A stretch of 20,000 nt of DNA from an uncultured virus (IMG/VR IMGVR_UViG_3300044622_000297). Lineage: Duplodnaviria > Heunggongvirae > Uroviricota > Caudoviricetes. The position numbers were made by a program, and so were the translations under genes. Location of the stretch: IMG/VR virus record IMGVR_UViG_3300044622_000297; one strand, 5' to 3'. This document shows positions 8,793-15,718 of the stretch, in pieces (the stretch's first letter is position 1; each line of letters begins with the position of its first letter). The notes beneath the pieces were generated by a model, which was not told the origin of the DNA, did no database searches, and saw only the letters and a program-made list of their open reading frames with translations.

Positions 8793-9062
8793 TTAGTATC
8801 CTCTCCTCCGTTTAACAAATTCTTCCACGTTTTTCTGGTTTATTTGAAGCAGAGCAAAGTCATAGCCACCGCCAAATAACGTTGCTGTTTCCTTTAGGTC
8901 TCGCATCGCCCATTCCATTGCAGTGCTAGGAAACAGTCCCATGCCAACATTGGGATTAGAATCGTCGGCGTATAGATAGCCTAACGCTTTATCAGCAACC
9001 CATTGTTCCATGTCATTCAATGTTGGCATTTGTGTATCGTTCCAGTATGTCTGCCATATCAA
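8793..9062 (-). CDS. Hypothetical protein (true start may be the ATG at 9029)
   Basis: Fills the gap between co-oriented genes. Confidence 0.55.
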   Translation of the reverse strand: MIWQTYWNDTQMPTLNDMEQWVADKALGYLYADDSNPNVGMGLFPSTAMEWAMRDLKETATLFGGGYDFALLQINQKNVEEFVKRRRGY

Positions 9063-9369
9063 CTTGCTTCATCGTAACATCGTCGCTGTTTTGCTCTACG
9101 AACCCGGCGTAAACGCTTTGCGTGTAACCGCTAAAACGTTCAACCACTTTGCCGCAGTTGTAAACGCTGCCGCTGTCACCGTGAATCTCGTAGTAGTCAC
9201 CCTTATCGACGATTTGCTTTATGCCGCTGTTCATCTGCCAGGAGTCGCTACCAGCGAACCCGCCATACCAGCCAGCTAAGACACGGTGGTAATGGCCATT
9301 GTTAGCAGCCTCTACTTTCTTGCCAGAAAACTCAACGATTACCCAAACGTCTGGATTGTATTCGCTCAT
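9013..9369 (-). CDS. Conserved phage hypothetical protein
   Basis: PDVWVIV...RVLAGWYGGFAGSDSWQMNSGI...SGSVYNC motif, which I recall from myovirus hypotheticals. Confidence 0.75.
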   Translation of the reverse strand: MSEYNPDVWVIVEFSGKKVEAANNGHYHRVLAGWYGGFAGSDSWQMNSGIKQIVDKGDYYEIHGDSGSVYNCGKVVERFSGYTQSVYAGFVEQNSDDVTMKQVDMADILERYTNANIE

Positions 9370-9370
9370 G

Positions 9371-9709
9371 TTAGTGCTTCTTCTTTAACAGGTAAAATTC
9401 TTTCGCTTTAAGCAGCAAGTCTTTCATCCCTTCGTCGGTCGCTGCCATCCGGTTCATTTCTACAAACTGCGTGGGAGTGATCAAGTCTCCGTCATATGGA
9501 ATGCCCATATTAGAACCTCGTATCATCAATGCCATTTTAGCTTTAGTTAGATCGTCGGTCAAGCATTCTTTAAACCACGTGAAATCTCGCTCTCTCCAGG
9601 AAATAGGACTGGAGCCAAATTCCAGAAAGTCATATTTCTTAAATAGCCAGAAGCCACGAGTTCTGCGAACTGCGTATACGCTGTCGATTACTACCAGCTC
9701 AACTTTCAT
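9371..9709 (-). CDS. Hypothetical protein
   Basis: 112-aa ORF; ATGA overlap with the upstream gene. Confidence 0.7.
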   Translation of the reverse strand: MKVELVVIDSVYAVRRTRGFWLFKKYDFLEFGSSPISWRERDFTWFKECLTDDLTKAKMALMIRGSNMGIPYDGDLITPTQFVEMNRMAATDEGMKDLLLKAKEFYLLKKKH

Positions 9710-9954
9710 TCTTTCACTCCGAAATGCTTACGCAATGCTTCAAGGTAGTTATCGGTGCCCATAACTTTATTACCGTTGTCAATGGCCGAATAAACGTTAG
9801 CGCATTCAATCACAATAAGCTCAGCGAACTGTTCGACCGCTGCGTCAAACTCGATAACGTCGTCGTCGTTAAGTTGATGACAGAACGCCCTGTACCGGTC
9901 ATACAGCTCGGCTAAGTCAGTTTTTACTGCTAGGTCAATCACTCGTTGGTTCAT
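9706..9954 (-). CDS. Small phage protein of the MNxRIxxLA...FAELIVxEC...HFGV family
   Basis: ATGA overlaps at both ends; paralogue at 11937-12164. Confidence 0.75.
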   Translation of the reverse strand: MNQRVIDLAVKTDLAELYDRYRAFCHQLNDDDVIEFDAAVEQFAELIVIECANVYSAIDNGNKVMGTDNYLEALRKHFGVKE

Positions 9955-10544
9955 TCTTCTACTCCTTGTTCAATCCAGTGACAGTTAAACAGCCAGCGCA
10001 CTTCATCAACCTTAGTCTGAGTCGAGCACGACTTTGCGATTGCACCCTTTACTAACTCGTAGGTGTTTTCCTTCTGATCAAACATCTTGTACAGGAAACG
10101 CTGATACTTTTCTTCCTGCTTCTGTACAAACTCAACCGCGTAGATCTTACGGTCAACATCGAGCTTTGCTTTTGCAGCAGCAATACGCAGATCAATTAAG
10201 GTCAGCGAAGTATCACGAACACCGTTCCAGAACTTGTTTTCAAATTCCTCAAAACGTGCCAAGTCCTTAGCGTCCAGGAAAGTACGCACGTCGTCGGCCT
10301 GCTCGTTAGCGATGATCTCGATCACGTTCTTTTCGCGGCCGATCATGTCCTTGGCCTTGTGCTTGATCATATAGTCTTCGCTTTTACACTTTACGCGATG
10401 GCCAGAATCCCATGCAACAACAAATCCCTCTTCGCCTATTAGGCCACGCACAAAGGAAATGAACTCCTGTGGATCTGCCACAGAGTTATGCGATTTAACT
10501 GTAGGAATGTTAAACTCGCGAATCTTATCTTGAAGTATTGTCAT
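9951..10544 (-). CDS. RNA ligase (T4 Rnl1/RnlA-like), C-terminal half
   Basis: Nucleotidyltransferase motif IV (EGFVV) and motif V (RVKCKS..Y...H) followed by a helical C-terminal domain; has its own promoter. Confidence 0.85.
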   Translation of the reverse strand: MTILQDKIREFNIPTVKSHNSVADPQEFISFVRGLIGEEGFVVAWDSGHRVKCKSEDYMIKHKAKDMIGREKNVIEIIANEQADDVRTFLDAKDLARFEEFENKFWNGVRDTSLTLIDLRIAAAKAKLDVDRKIYAVEFVQKQEEKYQRFLYKMFDQKENTYELVKGAIAKSCSTQTKVDEVRWLFNCHWIEQGVEE

Positions 10545-10553
10545 AGTGTTACT

Positions 10554-10582
10554 ATTATACTACCAAAAAGAATAAATGTCAA
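10554..10582 (-). promoter_or_regulatory. Perfect sigma70 promoter TTGACA-N17-TATAAT driving the ligase C-half
   Basis: TTGACA 10577-10582, TATAAT 10554-10559, ATG 9 nt downstream, no SD. Confidence 0.9.
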
Positions 10583-10596
10583 GAAATATTTTATAG

Positions 10597-10658
10597 GATA
10601 AATAATAGTGCGGGCCGCGATACTTGTAATATCCGCCCGCTCTAGACGAACCAGGAGG
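10597..10658 (+). promoter_or_regulatory. Late promoter GATAAATA, structured 5' leader and SD of the homing endonuclease
   Basis: GATAAATA 10597-10604; stem gcgggc (10610-10615)/gcccgc (10635-10640) with inner gata/tatc; AGGAGG 10653-10658. Confidence 0.65.
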
Positions 10659-10663
10659 CTCAT

Positions 10664-11401
10664 ATGTCCAGCAACGATATTTATCAGCTGTATTACACAT
10701 ACCAACTAATTGATCCACGATCAAACTTACCATTTTACATTGGCTTCGCAAAAGATCCGCTGCGACCATATGATCATTTAGCGCAGTGTAAGAATTGGTT
10801 AGCAGGTAAGAAAGTTCCTCATCCAAACTATATCAAAATGGCCAAAATAAGAGACATTCTTAGTGAGGGTTACGAGTTCAAATTTGAAATTATTTACAAA
10901 AGTTACGATCCAAATCAAGCATACGACAAAGAAACTGAGTTAATAACAAAGTATGGAAGACAAGACTTAAAGACAGGATTCTTATCTAATATGAATGCTG
11001 GAGGCCGCGGCTGTCTAAATCCAAGTGACGAAGTAAGAAAGAAAATAAGTGACGGAAACTGCGGCACATTAGTTGAACGATGGGGCAAGGAACGAGCAGA
11101 GAAACAACTGGCGTTTCTTCGCAAACAACCCAAAGAAGTGATGGCAGAGCGCGGAATGAGAGGCGCTAAACACATCATTGACAACGGTTGGTCCAAAGAA
11201 ACATTATCTAAAAGAAGTAAGTCAAGATTGCTAAACACGGTTAAACGCATCCAAAACCATTATCACCAGCCATACACCGAAGAGTTACGCATACAAGCAA
11301 GAAAAGACAAGGTTGCCTTTGTTGATAAGACAGCCTTGTCTAATTATGTCACAGAGGAAGATATTCGCCAGTTATCATATGACGGCAAGCCAACAGAGTA
11401 A
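10664..11401 (+). mobile_element. Free-standing GIY-YIG (LEM-3-like) homing endonuclease gene, antisense to its neighbours
   Basis: YYTYQLIDPRSNLPFYIG...R...H, catalytic-type E in AYDKETELI, LSNMNAGGRG, then NUMOD3-like SDEVRKKIS; SD AGGAGG; the only plus-strand gene in this long minus-strand block. Confidence 0.85.
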
Positions 11402-11936
11402 GCATGGGCTTATCGTAGTGAATCACAATCCGGTTATCAGGCGCTGTGTATTCAAATACCGGAGTGATTCCGTTTTCAATACACCAAGTCGAAAACGCCA
11501 GATACTCTGGATGAGCAGCAATAAACGGTTCCGCTTGAAGCGCAACATCAGTTAGTCCCATCTTCGTCCCAAAGCGAACCTTACCTTCAACCATAAATGG
11601 TGACAGAAAAGAACCGTCAAGCTTGGTATAAACAGTATGCGGCTCAGAGAAATCAACATTCGCTAACTGCGTTTCTTCTTTCTCCATCAAGTTGAAAAAT
11701 TTATGAAGAGGGCGACGAAGAATCTCACCAGTAGAAGAGCGGAAGATCATGCCGCGCAGTTCGCGCAGGATAGCGTGAGCTTCGTTTTCAACAGGAGGAA
11801 AGGTATCCGCCATCTGTACCACGTAGTTGATGACTGTGTAATCACCGTCCTTTACCGCGACAATGAACTCAGGCTTATCCGCAATCAGCGGCAATACCTG
11901 CGAAATGTTTGTGATCAACGGAAATTCATACTTCAT
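11349..11936 (-). CDS. RNA ligase (T4 Rnl1/RnlA-like), N-terminal half with the catalytic lysine
   Basis: ELRGMIF, RPLHKFFN, motif I TKLDGS, TPVFEYTAPDNRIV, LTLLACRHMITGEY; stops (TGA) before motif IV. Confidence 0.9.
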   Translation of the reverse strand: MKYEFPLITNISQVLPLIADKPEFIVAVKDGDYTVINYVVQMADTFPPVENEAHAILRELRGMIFRSSTGEILRRPLHKFFNLMEKEETQLANVDFSEPHTVYTKLDGSFLSPFMVEGKVRFGTKMGLTDVALQAEPFIAAHPEYLAFSTWCIENGITPVFEYTAPDNRIVIHYDKPMLTLLACRHMITGEYLPL

Positions 11937-12164
11937 TTACTTTACTCCAAAGTGGTCTTTTATGTTTTTATCTACCCAGGCCAGCGTTCGTCCGACCTCG
12001 GTTCCTTCGTGCGGTGAAGGATTAGTGTACATCAAACATTCTTTCACAATCAGCTCTGCGAACTTTTCTGCGAACACACCCAATGATCCTTTACCGGACT
12101 CGTCGGCATGCTCGCTTGCGTATTGAAATGCTTCTGCTGCTAATGTGTCGATTCGATCGTTCAT
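11937..12164 (-). CDS. Small phage protein of the MNxRIxxLA...FAELIVxEC...HFGV family
   Basis: Paralogue of 9706-9954; its TAA directly abuts the ligase ATG. Confidence 0.75.
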   Translation of the reverse strand: MNDRIDTLAAEAFQYASEHADESGKGSLGVFAEKFAELIVKECLMYTNPSPHEGTEVGRTLAWVDKNIKDHFGVK

Positions 12165-12367
12165 TTTAATCCTTTCTTTCTTCGTTCGGCCTGTAATCTC
12201 AGTGTTTCTGCTGTTTGTGCTTGATTAAATTTTTGTTGTGCGTCTGCCCAGGCGTCTATCGCTTTCTCATAATCAGGACCGTCGGACGGACTGATTTTCT
12301 TTACTGCTTTATAAGCCAAGACAACTTCTTTGTAGGCTGCTGCTACCGCAGGATCTTCGAATTTCAT
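12161..12367 (-). CDS. Hypothetical helical protein
   Basis: 68 aa; SD TAAGG; ATGA overlap with the downstream gene. Confidence 0.65.
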   Translation of the reverse strand: MKFEDPAVAAAYKEVVLAYKAVKKISPSDGPDYEKAIDAWADAQQKFNQAQTAETLRLQAERRKKGLK

Positions 12368-12371
12368 AACC

Positions 12372-12537
12372 TTAACTCCATTTTAGCGCGAAAGCCGCAG
12401 CGTCTTTGTCATCGTCAAATGCTATCCAGTCTTCAAACCCTTGTCCAAATACAACCTTGCCTTTACAGTTGTCATTTTATCCAGTCGCACATCGCATCAA
12501 AGTCGACCTTGCTGTAATCGTAATCGATGACGTACAC
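12372..12537 (-). pseudogene. LKW-family small protein with a +1 frameshift in an A4 run (12475-12478)
   Basis: GTG start; MYVIDYDYSKVDFDAMCDWI / NDNCKGKVVFGQGFEDWIAFDDDKDAAAFALKWS. The span is 166 nt (3n+1), and removing one A restores a 54-aa ORF. Confidence 0.7.
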
Positions 12538-12538
12538 G

Positions 12539-12955
12539 TTAGCTCGCCTTACAGCCAAGTGCCTTCAATGCGTTGACGAATTCTCTGCGGTTAGCCTTGT
12601 TCATCACAGGAAGTTTCTCAACGTGTAACGAGGTCGCTCCGGTGACCCACCGGCAACGATCGCAGGCGTCTTTTGCGTCCTTCAGACCGTAGCCCGTGTA
12701 TTGACGCACAGTTTTAATCACTTCAACATACATTGGCACATTTGCGTCAATCAGTCGCACATCGCCGAGATGCGTCCCGGTCATCATAGTAAAGAAAACC
12801 GCGCCCTTGAAATCCTGACCGACAGTGGTGGCAATCGTGCCCCACATTTCCATGCCGGCTTCGGGCCCCCAGAGCTCAGTAATTGTCCGCATGAAGTCTG
12901 TTCCGGACACAATCAGATCTTCTTGCTGCTCAGATGTTAGTGTATTGTAGTCCAA
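12539..12955 (-). CDS. Protein containing a ribosomal protein bL12 (L7/L12) C-terminal-like domain, TTG start
   Basis: VEVIKTVRQYTGYGLKDAKDACD matches the bL12 CTD motif VIKAVRxxTGLGLKEAKDLVE; the N-terminal ~60 aa are unrelated; SD GGAG 7 nt upstream. Confidence 0.8.
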   Translation of the reverse strand: MDYNTLTSEQQEDLIVSGTDFMRTITELWGPEAGMEMWGTIATTVGQDFKGAVFFTMMTGTHLGDVRLIDANVPMYVEVIKTVRQYTGYGLKDAKDACDRCRWVTGATSLHVEKLPVMNKANRREFVNALKALGCKAS

Positions 12956-12987
12956 TGTATCACTCCAGAATGCTATTTAATGCGACT

Positions 12988-13016
12988 ATTATAGCATCAT
13001 TTGTAACCAAAGTCAA
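12988..13016 (-). promoter_or_regulatory. sigma70-type early promoter TTGACT-N17-TATAAT; late-type TAAATA at 12974-12979
   Basis: GGTTGACT 13011-13018, TATAAT 12988-12993. Confidence 0.8.
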
Positions 13017-13257
13017 CCGAATATATTTGCCGGTACGGAAACACCCTAACAGTGGTGCCGAGCTTTAACGCTAAAAATGTACCTAATGCTTCATCTTCGC
13101 AGTATAGGTCAATATTGGTTCCGGTGGAGCGAACCTCCCATCCTGCTCCTCCAATGGCAATATTTCTATTAGATGGCAACCAGTATCGTTGCTCGGAGAT
13201 GTTGTCGTTACACCAGCTAACTACATTCTGAACCTTGTTACCTATTATTACGCCCAT
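12997..13257 (-). CDS. LKW-family-like small protein (start revised to 13257)
   Basis: VVSWCNDNI...GGAGW...DEALGTFLALKLG. Confidence 0.65.
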   Translation of the reverse strand: MGVIIGNKVQNVVSWCNDNISEQRYWLPSNRNIAIGGAGWEVRSTGTNIDLYCEDEALGTFLALKLGTTVRVFPYRQIYSVDFGYK

Positions 13258-13556
13258 TTTAGTTTCAATAGCGTCATTACCTCTTCGGAAACGTCGTACC
13301 ACACACCTTTCACTTGCCGAACAATGAAGTAATCTTTATCTTCTACAAATGTTGCTCGTATCCATGTTAGCACTTTAGCATCGGCGGTAATTGAATACAT
13401 AGTCACACCGTCGACTACTGCCGATTCTAATACTGAATACATTTTTAATACCCCATACATCGGTTGAACTCCGACAATCTCGGCCGCAATTAGATTAGGT
13501 ACTATTCTTCGTATAAACGGAATCAGTACTTTTTGAAATTCTGTATGGTCTATCAT
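13248..13556 (-). CDS. LKW-family protein with an N-terminal gp23 Gol-like peptide
   Basis: VLIPFIRRIVPNLIAAEIVGVQPM at the N-terminus; VLTWIR in the middle; MTLLKLKWA at the C-terminus; ATGA coupling. Confidence 0.75.
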   Translation of the reverse strand: MIDHTEFQKVLIPFIRRIVPNLIAAEIVGVQPMYGVLKMYSVLESAVVDGVTMYSITADAKVLTWIRATFVEDKDYFIVRQVKGVWYDVSEEVMTLLKLKWA

Positions 13557-13867
13557 AACCATTTTAATCTGAACATGAGCAGGTCTGCCTCATTGCGAAG
13601 AAAGATTCGGCAGTTTTTCTCACTGTGAGATATTCTCCAACGGTGCCTGCTGTGGTTACCGTCTGTCCCAAAGGCTTCTTTACACCAGGCTATTGCGTCG
13701 TGCCATTGCCTTAAAGGTATGTCAATTGCCCACTCGCCGTGGTAAGCTTTTCTTATCCAAATAGCATCAACAAGATACATCGAATCCATCCCGTGGAGTA
13801 CTTCGACGGTCCAGGTCCCTATAAGTTTTCGTGGACTGGCCTTAATCTGTGTCGTTGTTATTTCCAT
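13553..13867 (-). CDS. LKW-family protein with an N-terminal gp23-like segment (start revised to 13867)
   Basis: MEITTTQIKASPRKLIGTWTVEVLHGMD...AIAWCKEAFG...RWR...FLRNEADLLMFRLKWL. Confidence 0.7.
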   Translation of the reverse strand: MEITTTQIKASPRKLIGTWTVEVLHGMDSMYLVDAIWIRKAYHGEWAIDIPLRQWHDAIAWCKEAFGTDGNHSRHRWRISHSEKNCRIFLRNEADLLMFRLKWL

Positions 13868-13868
13868 T

Positions 13869-14111
13869 TTACTTCCATCGTAGTGTAAAGTATGACGCGT
13901 CGGTTTCGTTTTCAAAAGCAAAGATCGAGTGCAGATAGAAGCCACGCAGGTTTTTTATCCTTGACTTAACTTTTCCGGTCTTGTGTTTTTCTACCCAGCG
14001 GACTAAGCTGCGATGTCGTAATGATCCTTCTGAGACCGGATCTAAGTTTGTGCGGTGTTCGATGGTAGCCAGGTGCCATCCGTTTCGAAGCGACTTGCGC
14101 AGCGATGCCAT
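13869..14111 (-). CDS. LKW-family small protein
   Basis: LVRWVEKH...FAFENETDASYFTLRWK. Confidence 0.75.
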   Translation of the reverse strand: MASLRKSLRNGWHLATIEHRTNLDPVSEGSLRHRSLVRWVEKHKTGKVKSRIKNLRGFYLHSIFAFENETDASYFTLRWK

Positions 14112-14112
14112 T

Positions 14113-14412
14113 TTATTCTGCCTTTCTTTCCCTGATCAAGAATTCAAACAGAGTTCCAATGAAAGCTTCTACTGTAGCCGGACCTGTTACTTTTACGTGT
14201 GAATAGTCGAGGTTGTGACGCCTGAGAACGTGAATGATATAACTTTCAAACGAGATCCAGTGTCGTACCCAATCTTCCATGTCTTTAAATGTATCTGTTC
14301 CGTCAAAGTCAATGTAGTATCGATCTTCAATACATCGTCCCGTCACCTTTATCTTTAACGGTGAGCAGTATTCAACTAGCGGTTGAATAATAGAACTTAC
14401 AGTATCATCCAT
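14113..14412 (-). CDS. Hypothetical protein
   Basis: 99-aa ORF tightly coupled within the array; lacks the LKW terminus. Confidence 0.65.
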   Translation of the reverse strand: MDDTVSSIIQPLVEYCSPLKIKVTGRCIEDRYYIDFDGTDTFKDMEDWVRHWISFESYIIHVLRRHNLDYSHVKVTGPATVEAFIGTLFEFLIRERKAE

Positions 14413-14611
14413 TATGTTTCCATTTCAATGTAAAGAGCAATGCGTCTTGCTCGTTGCCAAATATGTATTCGTAAATGATGTCGTTAGTTACGCTAACGTC
14501 GCTTACGTCAACTCCGTCTATAGTAATCAGATCAAGTTTAGAATCGTCAATGAATCTGCTCATTAAGTTAAGTTGTTCGTATGTTGGGTCTGCTATTAAA
14601 ACCGTTTTCAT
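14405..14611 (-). CDS. LKW-family small protein
   Basis: YIFGNEQDALLFTLKWKHNG; ATGA coupling at 14608-14611. Confidence 0.75.
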   Translation of the reverse strand: MKTVLIADPTYEQLNLMSRFIDDSKLDLITIDGVDVSDVSVTNDIIYEYIFGNEQDALLFTLKWKHNG

Positions 14612-14817
14612 TTCCATTTAAGCGAGATCCACGTGTAGGTCTCTTCCTCCATTTCGACCCAATATAGAATAGCCCCTGGACTAATAAATACCGGAATGCC
14701 GTATTCATTGATTAGCAGGTCTGTAAAGTCTCGAGAATTCAACGTGCCAAATTTGTGAGAAACCTTCGGAACAATCTCATTCATCAGTTTAGGAAATTGT
14801 CGTAGATCAACTTTCAT
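14608..14817 (-). CDS. LKW-family small protein
   Basis: EEETYTWISLKWK; ATGA coupling at 14814-14817. Confidence 0.7.
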   Translation of the reverse strand: MKVDLRQFPKLMNEIVPKVSHKFGTLNSRDFTDLLINEYGIPVFISPGAILYWVEMEEETYTWISLKWK

Positions 14818-15029
14818 AACCACTTCAGAGCAAATAGTGTTGCGTCTTTATCGTTTTCAAAAGTAAACTGTAGGTTCCCAAACATGCTGTACAGTTCCCA
14901 CTTGAATGGGTTGTCTTCGTCTCGGGCATCTCTATGAAGCCAGCCGCCTTGACCAACGTTTTCTAGACACCATTGGATCATTTCTTCCTGTTTATGGTAA
15001 TACTCTTTGTCAAGGTTAACGCTTTTCAT
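14814..15029 (-). CDS. LKW-family small protein
   Basis: EEMIQWCLENVG...FTFENDKDATLFALKWL. Confidence 0.8.
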   Translation of the reverse strand: MKSVNLDKEYYHKQEEMIQWCLENVGQGGWLHRDARDEDNPFKWELYSMFGNLQFTFENDKDATLFALKWL

Positions 15030-15030
15030 C

Positions 15031-15240
15031 TTAACTCCACTTCAACGAAAAGAAAGAGGCATCGTCGGCGTATTCAAACAGCACAGATAACCCAAATACT
15101 ACACTTGGTTGGAACTCTACTTCGCCCCTTGAATTTTTCTTACACCACTTAACCATCTCGGTTGTCTCGTCGAGGTACGGATTAGTAAGGTGTGGCAGTC
15201 GAACCACGGAAGAATTTGCGTACAATCGCCCCATGCCCAT
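15031..15240 (-). CDS. LKW-family small protein
   Basis: EMVKWCKKNSRG...LFEYADDASFFSLKWS. Confidence 0.75.
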   Translation of the reverse strand: MGMGRLYANSSVVRLPHLTNPYLDETTEMVKWCKKNSRGEVEFQPSVVFGLSVLFEYADDASFFSLKWS

Positions 15241-15479
15241 TATACGCCCACCCTATTAACGATTCCGTAGATGTTAGCTAACATGAAGTAAGAGTTAACT
15301 ATTAGCACCGAACGAAGCGATTCAGACGCTTCGGACTTTACGATGAGCCATATAGATGCGCCGCAGCCGACGCAGAAGAAGCAGTAACCTATCAACTGTA
15401 TCTCAACCTGCGCAGTAGCCACTAACGCGGCGCCGACAATGTTACCGATCAGCGCCAACGCATCCATTAGCTTTTTCAC
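15240..15479 (-). CDS. Small membrane protein (about 3 TM helices)
   Basis: Three hydrophobic segments; coupled at both ends. Confidence 0.7.
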   Translation of the reverse strand: MKKLMDALALIGNIVGAALVATAQVEIQLIGYCFFCVGCGASIWLIVKSEASESLRSVLIVNSYFMLANIYGIVNRVGV

Positions 15480-15718
15480 TCTTTGCCTTCCCTTGCTACA
15501 AACAGAACACAGCCAAAGTTCCAGCGTGTTAGTATCTTGTGTTCTTTGTCGGAGCCATCGACGATGACCTTCGAAATGTACCTGTCGTCTGACGACGCGG
15601 AGCTAGGTCGCTGCTTGCCCGAGATCAGCGTGTGTTTGCAGTAATTGACATTGCCGGCATCATATGGAAAGCCACTGCCGTCGCCGTCACCCCAGAACTT
15701 ACAACGAGAGCATTTCAT
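15476..15718 (-). CDS. Small Cys-rich protein (possible metal binding)
   Basis: CSRCKFW...YC...FGC; ATGA overlaps. Confidence 0.7.
   Translation of the reverse strand: MKCSRCKFWGDGDGSGFPYDAGNVNYCKHTLISGKQRPSSASSDDRYISKVIVDGSDKEHKILTRWNFGCVLFVAREGKE

Noticed and set aside
10560..11250. Minus-strand ORFs 10560-10826 and 10915-11250 as a missing middle of the ligase
   Set aside because: No ligase motifs; they are shadows of the endonuclease, and the two ligase halves already appear colinear.
10545..11348. Group I intron or intein interrupting the RNA ligase
   Set aside because: Only ~120 nt are non-coding and these are occupied by two promoters and a leader. I saw no P/Q/R/S core. The endonuclease is antisense, the N-half has a stop codon and the C-half has its own promoter.
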